Positions 25,372 to 37,400 of a stretch of 64,000 nt of DNA are shown here, one piece after another. Source of the stretch: Takakia lepidozioides (Eukaryota > Plantae > Bryophyta); contig CM060733.1 in the NCBI GenBank assembly GCA_030704615.1, forward strand, positions 60,698,001 to 60,762,000, in the 5' to 3' direction. Both the position numbers and the translations under genes were made by a program. The notes under the pieces are model-generated. The model was not told the origin of the DNA. It did not search any database and saw only the letters and a list, made by a program, of their open reading frames with translations. Position 1 is the first letter of the stretch; every line of letters starts with the position of its first letter.

Positions 25372-26510
25372 TCTGCTGAAGGAACTCAGAACCAAGTCCA
25401 GGATCTACTATTCTAAGCTGCTTTCCGAAGGCGGACATCAATTTGGTTCTTCGCATTTCAAACTCCTTCTTTATTGCAGCTTCCACACCCTTTGATGTCC
25501 TTAGTTCCTCTGGTGTAGTGCGGTAATATTCGGATTTTCCCTTCTCAGCTGCCTCTGCCAGTTTTTGCTGCATTGATTCAAGTAGCGATTAGCACCGAAG
25601 GGACTACAAACATGTATTCAAAAAGTAAACTGAGTACAGACTCGGGCTTACCGCATACATGTACTCCAGAAACGCCTCTCGTGTCAAAGAATACCAAGTG
25701 TCTGCAGCTCTTCCTGTTTCGCACTTCTTGATTATATTAGGTGGGAGTACTATCCGAAAATCATCCAGCTTCATCAGACCAATCCTCTGAATTCGGAATA
25801 GTGTGTGGACCAAGCTTGTTGTCACATGCGATTTCTCTGTCGTTCTGCAAAAACATTGGAAACATTGCATTCCTTAACACTGTTTTTTGGGGATTAATAA
25901 GACACTACAGAGGGAATGAAATCTCCTGGATGACTTACTTGTTCACGTCGTGCATAGCTGTAAGAAGCCTAGCGATGTCGTTTCCAGGATCCAAAACCAT
26001 TGCCTCCACAGCAACATGCTTGTCTTTGTCTTTCGCATGGTGTTTCTGAATGTATCCCATCCATGCCAGCAATCGGTGGTTGTCGTCCCAGACGTAGAAC
26101 ATGTGATTGCAGAATTGCTGGGTGTTCTTTCCCATCATGAGGCCCAGCTCGAACTCCTCATTGGCATCTTTCCAGCACTCATCCCAGATATCACTGATCT
26201 CTGGAGACACTAATGTGCTTTTCCCATTTATATCCGTCAGTGACACATAAAAAACTTGTGCAACAAGTCTATATCCATGCACAAAATCACTCTCCAATTT
26301 TGTTATGTCATGGGAAAGAGGTGGATGCACAACAGGCATTGATATCATCCGGCACAGAGGGATGTCCAGACGCCCTCCAGATACGAGCATGTCCCTTATA
26401 ACCTCCTGAGAGTTTACCTTCTGGAATGACATGAGTTCTTTCACCTTGTCAAGGTAGTGCACTTCAATCAGCTTTGCTTGTGTAGATTGTGCTGAATTGT
26501 TTCACACCAT
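25214..26510 (-). pseudogene. ParB/sulfiredoxin-like domain protein, spliced, with premature stops
   Basis: VVHPPLSHDITKLESDFVHGY...FYVS...MFYVWDDNHRLLAW, where DDNHR at 26073-26087 is a variant of the ParB DGxHR motif. GT-AG introns at 25938-25845 and probably 25651-25604. In-frame TGA at 26502-26504 and TAA near 25590. Confidence 0.7.
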
Positions 26511-26717
26511 TCATAGTGAGTTTCTTTGAGACAAAGTGATGGTCGTTACCGCCGTTCACTATTTGCATATTACTCAGTCAGAATTGAATGGCATCGTGCA
26601 GAAAACTGTGAGGTCGAAGCCTACAGGATCAGAGGGGAAAAGATCTGGAGATGGGGACGAGTCCGGAAAAAGCTCAGAGAATACAGATGAAGCTCAATAA
26701 AAAAAGAACCTATTGCT

Positions 26718-27550
26718 GTGGCATGGCCACTAAGGACCTTCTACTACAAGCTCTGTGACAAAGGTGAGAACCTTACCTTGAGGACCAAAAATGACTTGCC
26801 GACTGGTTCGGCCAGATCCAAAAATCACAAGAGTCAACTCTTCAATTGGCATCGTCCCTTCATAAGATGTAACTGTGGACAAGGAGGGGCACCCTCTTCT
26901 TGCATTGGGAGTGTTGCTTGGTTTGACCATATGGTATGGTATATGCTGAACAATCTGATTGTGTTCTTCCCTGATGATGCCTATCCTTCGGTGCAAACCA
27001 AGTATTACAGCTTTCTGGTGTGGATCATGCGGGCTGCCAGATCTGCTGCACTGGCACAAATTACCTTCCACATGACCCGGGGGTTCATAATGGAAGCAGC
27101 TTGTGAATTCTCAATTGACCCCCAAGCCAAGTTGCTTGCGAAGTTAGGAGAATCCAAGGGGGCCAGATACATTGAGAAACTTGTGAAACCTGGGTCTTTT
27201 TCAGACAGCCTTCCCAGGCCACAATTCAATAGCTACAAACGGCAACGTATGGAGGGGATTTGCAGCTTGAAAAACGCGCCGTCATTGTGCTGGATCAGAC
27301 TTTGAAAGACTTGAACATTTTGATTGTTTCCCCTCCCCAAATGTCATTGGAGGCATACATAAGGAAGTGGAGAGGTCTCACCTGGAGATATTGTTTTTTC
27401 CGGGAGTTCTCCAAAGATGGTAACATTTTACGGTCCAACGACTTTGACAGTCAGGTTGGAGGAGAGTGGGCCATGATGCGAGTTGTGTATAGGTGCAATA
27501 TCATACTGGAAACTCTACTGCACTTTTTGAGAAATAATAAGGCTTCATAA
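26718..27550 (+). pseudogene. Orphan ORF, frameshifted near 27260-27300, divergent from the ParB-like gene
   Basis: Overlapping ORFs 26718-27305 and 27260-27550 with protein-like content (RCNCGQGG...CIGSVAWFDH). Ends immediately before the palindrome array. Confidence 0.45.
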
Positions 27551-27572
27551 GGATTGTAATCATAGATCCAAA

Positions 27573-28981
27573 TTGAATGTCGTTGACGACATTCACTTCT
27601 TTGTCTGAGTCATTCTTAAGCGAGAATTTGAATTCACCTGGATTAGGAGCTTAGGGTGTATTTATAGTGTCCCTGATTAGAATTGATAATGTCCCTGAAT
27701 GGCGTTGACGACATTCACATCCAGAGTTGTTAAGAGGTCCTCAGAGATATGTAAGTTTTTGTAATGTCCATAGAGTTTACAGTGAGGGTTCCTCACTCCA
27801 GTTTGTTGAATGTCAATGCAGACATTCAGTTGTTCTGCAATGCTTTTGCCTCTTGCGAGAAATCTTAAGGCTTGATTAGCTGTGTTATCAGAAATCCAAA
27901 GTGAATGTCGTTGACGACATTCACTTCTATGTCTGTGTCATTCACCAGCAACAATTTGAATTTACATGGATTAGGAGCTTAGGGTGTATTTATTGGTTCT
28001 TTGTTCGGAATTTTGTGAATGGCGTTGACGCCATTCACATCCAGTGTTATTATGAGGTCCTCAGTGTTATGTACGTTTTGAATGTCCATTGAGTTTTTAG
28101 TGGGGGTTCCTTACTCGAGTTTCTGAATATCGTTGCCGACATTCAGTTTCCATCCAATGATTTTGCCTCTTTTGAGAAATCATTAGGCTTGATTAGCAGT
28201 TTATTCACAAATCCAAAGTGAATGACGTTGACGACATTCACTTCTATGTCTGTGTCATTCCAAAGCGAGAGTTTGCATTCACGTGGATTAGGGTGTATTT
28301 GCAGTATCATTGAATGGAATTTTTTGGATGGCGTTGACGACATTCACATCCAGAGTTGTTAAGAGGTCCTCAGAGATATGTAAGTTTTTGTAATGTCCAT
28401 AGAGTTTACAGTGAGGGTTCCTCACTCCAGTTTGTTGAATGTCAATGCAGACATTCAGTTGTTCTACAATGCTTTTGCCTCTTGCGAGAAATCTTGAGGC
28501 TTGATTAGCTGTGTTATCAGAAATCCAAAGTGAATGTCGTTGACGACATTCACTTCTATGTCTGTGTCATTCACCAGCAACAATTTGAATTTACATGGAT
28601 TAGGAGCTTAGGGTGTATTTATTGGTTCCTTGTTCGGAATTTTGTGAATGGCGTTGACGCCATTCACATCCAGTGTTATGAGGTCCTCTGTGTTATGTAC
28701 GTTTTGAATGTCCATTGAGTTTCTAGGGAGGGTTCCTTACTCGAGTTTCTGAATGTCGTTGCCGACATTCAGTTTCCATCCAATGATTTTGCCTCTTTTG
28801 AGAAATCATTAGGCTTGATTAGCAGTGTATTCACATATCCAAAGTGAATGACGTTGACGACATTCACTTCTATGTCTGTGTCATTCCAAAGCAAGAGTTT
28901 GCATTCACGTGGATTAGGGTGTATTTGCAGTATCATTGAATGGAATTTTTTGGATGGCGTTGACGACATTCACATCCAGAG
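27573..28981. repeat. Higher-order tandem array of 14 x 24-bp palindromes GTGAATGTCGT-TG-ACGACATTCAC
   Basis: Copies start at ~27573, 27695, 27806, 27901, 28015, 28123, 28218, 28324, 28435, 28530, 28644, 28749, 28844 and 28950. Three spacer types form a ~315-bp unit; two units form a ~629-bp unit. Confidence 0.92.
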
Positions 28982-29383
28982 CTGTCGCGTGGTCCTGAGA
29001 GCTCCTTGGAGCAGTTCTCAGAGCCATTTCATTCCTTGTTTTTTTCATTCTGTGCTACTTGCATCTTACTCACTTCGCGCTTTGGTGGGTTGGGATTTAT
29101 CTCCTGTTTAACAAGTACACGAAATATGTGCTTATGGAAGGAAATCACCTGAGCGGTATTCCAGACTATCTTGACATGTGGTCAGACCCACAAACGATCC
29201 AACCATGTATACTGCAGGGATATTGAAGGACTGGAGTCCTCCTCACTTCATATACTGTGGCTGGTACCTTGACTGCCCACCGGAGCACACGACCTTTCAA
29301 GAACAACACATGAAATATTTGAACAATAATGTTGAGATGTTGGCGCCTCTGACTGACGAGTAGTACCAAAGAAACATAGCAAA

Positions 29384-30954
29384 TTGGCTGCCAAGGAGCC
29401 TGATGCTCAGGGAACGCCGCAGAAGGGAAAGAAGGCGGGCCGCAAACCAAAAGACAAGGCTCCTGATGTCATAGCCATCTCACCAGCAAAGCCAAAGGAC
29501 AAAGACAAGTCCAAAGAGAAGGAAAAGGAAAAGGACAAGGGGAAGGAGAAAGAAAAGGAGATGGAGAAGGAAAAGGAGAGTGGGCAGGACTTCATTGCTG
29601 GAAGATATACCCGCACAGTTCAGTGCGTGTTCGATGCCGCACCCTTCCAGTTCTGATTTGGCAGGAGAGATTAAAATTGTCAATGAGGTTTGGCTGGCGA
29701 TGATGCAGAGTCGAAAGAGAGGATACACTGGGGTGCCTTCGCCTACCTGGGACAACATAATCTCATTCCTCAATCTGGTGAGAATTCCAGTTTCTTTCCT
29801 TTTTCTCTGAAAGTTTCATTGGCAGTATTTCAGTCTGGTTCTTTGAACACATTCTTGCCATCGTTCTTAAAATAAACATGTCTGTTGCAGGTGAGCACTG
29901 GTCCCACCTTCGTGTGCGGTGTGCAGAAAACATATGCGGCTGACATTGTCATTCTCGATATCCCGGATGGCCAGCCTGTGCCAAAGGTTCTTCCAAAGGG
30001 CAAGACGCTAGGCTGGAACAAATTCGAGGACAACTACTGGAGCTGGGTGTTCGGGTTCTGTAATAATTTCCTCTCTGATGCAGGGACACTTCTGCTTTTT
30101 CAGTCATGTGACAAAGATAGTCGTCGGTCATTGGCATCATACTTGAAGTCTTCAGGGTTTGAAGTTTTGCGCACATGGGATTGTGTGAACAGCCTCTACT
30201 TTGTGAAAGGGGGTTTCCCTGGTCAGCTGGTATGCCATCTCCCTTCTGTTTGTGCTTTCATGGTGAGTTTCAATGTTCTCTGCAGCTCCACTCTAGAAGA
30301 ATCTGTCATGATCGACACCGATCATCACCGATTCGTGATAAAAATGATTGTTTTATGCCTGAGTTCTGAATAGCCGGTGTACACACTTCTACTATAGATT
30401 GTGTTTACCACACTAACCTGCTATCTTTGGCAGACAAGGATGTTCGAGGCGATCTACTTGCGGAGGATTCGCACCTCAAAGACACCATCCTCCATCCGTA
30501 GCTTTGAGATTTCTGACCAGGGTTGTTTCGTCAACCCCCCCTATGAGCCGCATGTCGATGATATTTTGTACAACTTCATGCAGTCTAGTCAGGCTCTGAA
30601 GAGACCAGATGGCACTCCCTGGAGAGGTGCAAAGGAAAAATCCCCTGCGTTCATGCAAATACTGCTGGAGTCATGCAGCCACCACTCTGCACGGGTGGTC
30701 GATCTTTCTGTGTCCACAGGTTCGTTCTCTCCCTTCCAAATTGATTTTCTTTCACCAGTTCCATCTGCTTAAATCCCCCCCACCAAACTGTTCATGTCCT
30801 CCTGTCTGGTGCAGGAGCAACTTACCATGCATGCAAGGCAGGCGGAAGAAGCCTTTTTGGCATGGAGGGTGATTCTGACCTCTACAACACAGTGCTCCTC
30901 CCCCTTTTGTCTGGCTCCACTTCAGGCACACAGACTGATCGGATTCAAATTTGA
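29384..30954 (+). CDS. Beta-class N6-adenine/N4-cytosine DNA methyltransferase-like gene (N6_N4_Mtase type), intron-containing; 5' end uncertain, possibly degenerate
   Basis: Exon 29891-30229 carries a motif IV-like ADIVILDIPD and FLSDAGTLLL. Exon 30434-30719 (WRGAKEKSPAFMQILLESCSHHSARVVDLSVSTG) splices in frame to 30815-30954 (ATYHACKAGGRSLFGMEGD), giving motif X/I-II after motif IV. A K/E-rich region lies upstream (29384-29656). Confidence 0.78.
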
Positions 30955-32172
30955 AATGATGACGATCCCGAAGATAAGCAGGTTGACAATGACTTTTCAT
31001 GTGCGTAAGTGCTAAACCCACTTTGGGAGCCATACTCAATTTCTCAATAACATCAAAGTTACAGTAATAATTTTTTCAGGCTGTCTTTCAGGAAAGGCAG
31101 CGGTGGATCTTCAGGAGATACAGTCATTTGTGGCGAGTCTGTTTTTCGACAGCCCCCTTTCCAATTTTCTGCTTCCTGATTATGCCGAAGCAATGGCACT
31201 TCACGCGGCCGAGTCCCTATCCCCTGACTTTTAACTGCCCGGCCGTAGGTGTAGCCAGCGTAGATCCGGAGTTCTTAAATACTTAGACTTAGATGCAGAG
31301 GAAGCGGGGATACATTGTATTGACTCTAAGTCAGACTGAACTATGTTCTTTTAATATTTTGTTTCATCCTCTTTGGAAAACGTTGAATCCCCTTCCTCCA
31401 CCGTAGTTGTTCCTTTGGAAAGAAAAATAATCAAAGAATCAACTACCATTTAAATTGCAATATGTATGAATCCATCTCACAAACCTCCCTCACTCTTGTC
31501 ATATCCATTTTGCTTTCATCTACAGTGTATTCATGCGTGCTCCATTCATTAATGTTTTCCTTTGTTCAACATCCATTGTACATTCATCCTCTGTACTCTT
31601 TAATCCACCCCACAAACCTATCACACTCATGTCATATACGTTGTGCATTCGTCTAAAGTTTTAGTCATGCATCTTCTTGTCATAAATGTTTTCCATTGTT
31701 CAACAACCATTATACATTCATCCATTTGACTCTTCTCCATCCCTCATTCATCCATCTACATTCATTTTTCACACTCATCCATATGTTTATCATCCAACTG
31801 TACATTCATCCATCATTTATTCATCTGTTGCTTTCAGGTGGGAATGACCATTGCCTTTTATTATGTCGTCCAGCTTGTTTCCGCGGTAAAGGGTGCCAAT
31901 CCGCGGGAATACACTCCACTTCTTCCTGGGCGCGTGGTGACGCGGCCTTCAAGTGTGATGACGTGGAGTGAGCCCCGTGATGTGGCATTGGCGCAAGGTG
32001 ACGTGGCGTGAGCGCAGTTGCGCTCACGCGCTCACGTGACCAGGCTCACGCCGAGGCATCCCTGGTCCAACCACATCCACCTTTGACCCCCCCGACAGGA
32101 TTGAGTGTTGGTGCACTAAGTGTTGGGAACGGATACCGCCGGGCGGCACCAGACCACCGAGGCGGCGACCGC

Positions 32173-33432
32173 ATGTTGTCGAAAAACATTACAAGAAGAA
32201 CAAGATTGCGGATGCGGCAAAGGTGAGTGTTTTTCCCACCTCTCTCATTAACATTCATTCAAGGTACATTTAGGTTTATCTAATAATATAGTATGATTGG
32301 TAAGCATACATGAATCAAAATTATGACATAAGTATTGATGCGTCGTTCACTACGCACATTGCAGCCACGACTTGATGCCCAAGCTCGCAATCACATTGCA
32401 CAGGAGGCATTTTGCGCCGGATTACTTACAGAATTTGTGCCAGAGCATGTGCCCGATGTGACCAATTGGTTCCCCCAGCAGCACGTAGATGAGATGCGTA
32501 GGGTCGAGGGGTATCGTAGGTGTCGTAGGTGTTATGGCCGGCGACGAGCAGCCCCCCCCCCCCCCCTGTTTCTTTGCCTAATCGGCTGCACCTCCGACAT
32601 TACATCCTCAACCACCTCCACTTTCATCTCCTCTGCCAGCAGTACCACCTCCACCTTCACCACCACCACCACCTCAACCTCCACCTCCACGTGCATGTGC
32701 CCCCCGAACCCCTAGGAGGGGTTGGCTTTGCCCTAGGTTTCCTCCCCTTCGGCTTGGGCGGCCTGAGCCGGATCCTCGCCCCCGATGGGAAGCGCATATG
32801 ACTATGTTACTAAGGACCGTCCAGCCTCGTTGTTGGGGGAATCATCTCGACCCTCCCACCCCCATCCGAGAAAATGTGGAGTTCGAGTATTGGGGAGACG
32901 GTATGTTGTGAGAGCCGCTACAGACCCTGCTATGGGTTGGGGTTTATTCACGGTCAATGATATTGTGGTTCCTCCTTGGAGAAACAGCATGGTGGACTTG
33001 TTTCCTTACTACGGTCCATACTACACCTCCGCGGAGTTCCGTACATTACGCCTCGAAGCCCCATACATCCTACCCTATATTTCGTGTGTCAACGGACAGG
33101 ATGTACGTAGACGGGGGTTGTCTCCTATTGAGGTCAGATTTTGTGATGGTGACCCCGACATCTTCAGCAATGTTGTTGGGCTGGTCAATAGTTCTTTTGG
33201 TCATCCTAGGATAACCAATGTAGTATGGGACGAACGAAGCGATGGGCATGAGAGCTTTTGTGGTCATACGTCAGTATACTGTGAGGGGATGCACATGTTT
33301 GTGATGAATGTGCTAGTAGGACTATTAGGGCTGGCAGCGAACTATTTGCATCATACGAGTTCTCCCGGGATGATTGGGACCTCCGATTACAGCGTGAGTA
33401 GGATGTGTATGATAGAAATAGGGTTCCTTTGA
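32173..33432 (+). pseudogene. SET-domain (lysine methyltransferase fold) protein with Pro-rich N-terminus; frameshifted
   Basis: YVVRAATDPAMGWGLFTVNDI...LFPYYGP...Y...DGDP...NVVGLVNSS...NVVW follows the SET pattern GxGLF...YxG...xxN(H/S)S..N. Putative first exon 32173-32222 with a gtgagt donor. Confidence 0.65.
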
Positions 33433-34421
33433 GACAGGGATCGCGTAGAGGGGCATTATAGATATCCTCATGATGTATTTTGTATACATCCGATTAATCG
33501 ATTGATGTAAATTTTTTTCTTGTTGCTCGTGTGGGTTGCAACTTTGCATATGTGATCTAAACATACTTATGCACATGTGGACCAAATATGAGCTTGAACC
33601 AAGTTGATTCAATGGGTCATTCTAGTGTTGAACGCAGTTACGTGTCATAGAGACGGAAAATTGTGTTTCGCCTACAGATGATTTTTTTTAATTCCATTTT
33701 CAAGTCATATGCTTAATGATAGCATATGCAATGTGCGTGCAAAATTTGGGAGTAAACAAAAGTCATTTGGACCCATAACCAGATTTTGTTTTCTCATTTG
33801 CACTCCAAAATTGAGTTATCTTCAACTTTGTGCACTCTTCCTAGAGAGTTCTGCAAAAGTGACCCTAGAAACACACTTATTTTTTTTCCATTTTTTGCAT
33901 GGATGTAGTGGTGCAAAGCTCGATGTCACAGAATAAAATAGAGCTAAAAATAAAATCATTACGCCCCTCAAAACCGCAATCATATATTTTCTAAATGTAA
34001 ATATTTATTTTAAATTCATTTAAATTCGATTTAATTCAAAATTGGTGCAAGGGTGAGTGCGTCGTTGGGGAGACAATTAATTTTTTATTTTTTTTTAATT
34101 TTTTTTTAAATTTTTTTATTTTTACCTGCTGGATTTTTGTACAGGTGTTGCACACATATTTAAGCACATGTAGGAAAAAATGAAGCTTGAGCCACATCCG
34201 TTTGTTGGGTGCAATGGCATGAGAGGATTTTCTTTCACATTAATAAACAAAAATTGGTTGATAGGGTGAATGCGTCATTGGGGGGGCAAATGATTTTGTT
34301 TGGGTTTGAAACTTTGCATGCGTGTACGTTGCGCACATACATGTAATTATTGAATGACATATTTGATGCACACACACATTGAAGGTTGTTGTTTGCATTT
34401 CGCTTATAATGAAGTGTATGG

Positions 34422-37400
34422 TTGCAAGGACACATTATAATATATGTCCCTATGTTCATTTGTTCGTATCAGGACTTTGTCCATCCCTTCCCGGTCTTTT
34501 CTCTTGGCACCCCATCCGAAAACAACCCAAGTACATCAGGCGGGAGCCGTGGGCGAGACGCCGCCCCCACGGTACCGGACGATGATGACGATGACAGTGA
34601 TAGTGACAGTGACAACAACAATGAACATGGAATTAACCAGGAGGATGTGCAAGCCATGGAGGATCTCTTCATGCATCATGTGGGCGCTGATGCATCCCAT
34701 GAAGAGGGAACCCGACCAATCGATGATCCTGAAATGGCCCCCTCAAATGACATGGAGAGGGAGGCGAGAACTCTCTTGTACGAAGGGGCGAAAGTGAGTC
34801 GACTTTCAACAATCTTACTTTTGCTCAATCTTCAAATTCGATTTGGCATAAGTAATGTTGGGATGTCTGCCATAATGCGAACTATTGCAAACTATATCCT
34901 TGCTCCACACTTGAAACCCAAGTTGCCACGATCGCGGAAAGAGACGCGCGAAGTCTTGGACTCTGTGGGGATGGGCTATAAGATTTTTCATGCATGTCCA
35001 TGTGATAAAACCCTATATTACGGAGAGGATTCGCATTTCACCAAGTGCCCAAAGTGCAAGAAAGACCGATATCGGGATGATGTCCAAGGGAAAAAAGTAC
35101 CACGCAAGGTATAAGCACCATTCCCCCTCGCATGGAGATTATTAGAGAGTAGTACTCATGCAAGATCTGATTGTGGTTTTGGAAGGAGTGAGTGAGGAGT
35201 GGAAGGAGCGACGTTTGGTTTTGACCATTTACACCCAAATGAGGGAGAAGCTGCATAAAGGGAAAGACATAAGGGTGTTGTATTATGTGTGCTAATGGGA
35301 TGATTACATGTGGGGGGCGTGGGGTATTTCATCCTAGAAAATGCATTACTTTCCGATCATCCCGCGATTGAGGGCACAGCACCGAAGCCCCGAATTGGCC
35401 AGACTCATGAGATGGCACGCCTCGCATCGGAGCCCCCCGAGAAAGGTGTGCGGGCCACAAGATTCACGAGCATGGAGGCATATTGAAGAGATGTGGCCTT
35501 TTCTCTTGGAGGACCCACGACATGTCCACCTCGGCTTCTCCTCGGATGGGGTCAACCCATTCTCTGTCCAGTCATGTAGTCATTCCACTTGGCCGGTGAC
35601 CATGGTGAATTACAACATCCCTCCGTATCTTTCAATTAAAAAAGGTCATATCATGTTGGCTGCCATTGTGCCAGGTGAGTGTACTCATTTCATGTTTATT
35701 ATTGCCTTCGACTTTACATTAACTTCTGATCTTTGACGCAATTCGGATGCAAGATTGATGAGTGACATAATCATGGAGTAAGACGTGTAATTCATTTTGT
35801 AGTATAATCTGCATATTGATGGAGCATTGAAACAATGATATAAATGTCTCAAAGGGAAAAAACAAGTGGCAAACATGGACACGTACTTGCGACCTCTTGT
35901 TGATGAACTTAAGAGCTATGGAGGGGGGTCCGGCATTGGATGCTTCACTTGACCCTATGGCCGGACAATCTTTTCAGATGAGAGACATCTTGCTTTGGAC
36001 AATGCATGATTATCCAGGTATATTATGTTCCCCATGAACAACCCGCGTACATTCACTTGTCAATGCCGGATGAGGATGAGGATTGGGATTGATTGAAGTA
36101 GCGGCGACAGTCTTGTGCACCGTAGTGGGATAGATGGCATTATGGGCCATGCACATGACAACTTTTTGTTTTTGCTAATGTGGCGGGATGTGTAGTACAA
36201 GACTAACTGTTTGCTTGGGGCTAAGCACCAAAGGGTACCATGCATGCTTGCATTGTGGCGATGATTTTGATGCACATAGCTCCCGCCATCTTCACAAGAT
36301 GGTGTATCCTAACTACCGCAAATTTCTTCCTATGAGCCATCGATGGAGAAGAAGAGAGAAACACTTGTTTGATGGCAAAGAGGAAGTACGTCCCCCCTCT
36401 ATGACACCGTCCGGGCAGTTTTGGGAGGACCGATGGAAGGAGGCCCATGCGGGCACGGACGGTGAAGTGGACGTGCCCGACATGAAACGACTTTCAATCT
36501 TCCACGAGTTGCCATATTGGGCGGTACATATTCCACAAAAACACCGTCAATATCCCTATGCATGCATGTGATATTGCACATTTGGTATGCGTTGCATTGT
36601 TACTTTCACGTAAATTTTTTTGTGTAAGTCTTTGTGGGTGGGGATATATGTAGGACCTGAAGATTCACCATCTTCCAGATCCCATGCATATTGAGAAGAA
36701 TGTCTACTCGTCATTTTTTCGGGTTCTTCATGGCACGCCGGCAAAGAAGGGAGTGGCTGCAAAAAGAGATTCTCTCGGTGTTAGAAAGGAGCTTGAGGAG
36801 CAGGGTTGCATACGCCATCTATGGGCCGAACAAAATTGTGTGGACCCAAAGGGTGTTGTACGGTGGAAGTATAGGCGCGCACCTTGGCAATGGACAAAGG
36901 AGGAATACAAGAAAGTGATAGCCACCATAAGTGCTGTCCGAACACCAACTGATTATGGGTCATCCCTCCGTACGAAGTTCAGCGAAGAAGACGGGGTCCA
37001 TGGTTTGAAATCTCATGACTACCACAATCTATTGCAAGACATCTTACCCATTGCAGTACGTGGGACATTGACTCCCGAGGTTCGTGAGACAATCTATAGA
37101 TTGGGAGGCTTGTTCTGGTGGATTTGCTCCAAAGAGTTGGAAGAAGCAGATTTTCCACGCATGAAGAAGGAGGCGATGGAGGTAATATGTATGTTGGAGA
37201 TGCACCTCCCTCCCTCCTTCTTTGACATCCAAGTGCACTTGGTAGTGCACTTAGTGGAAGAGGCTTCGATTGTCGGCCCCGTTCATTCTCGGTGGATGTA
37301 CTTCCTTGAGCGTTATATGAAGACTTTGAAAGGATTTGTAAGACAAATGGCGCACCCGGAGGGTAGCATGGCGGATGGGTATACGTTGCAAGAAGCTATG

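Noticed and set aside
27901-28969. Duplicated short ORFs (MNVVDDIHF..., MSSTPSKKF...)
   Set aside because: They are by-products of the tandem array, on both strands, with no domain signal.
27573-28981. CRISPR array interpretation of the palindrome repeats
   Set aside because: Spacers are 70-100 bp and recur in a 3-unit and 6-unit period rather than being unique. No cas genes are present and the context is eukaryotic.
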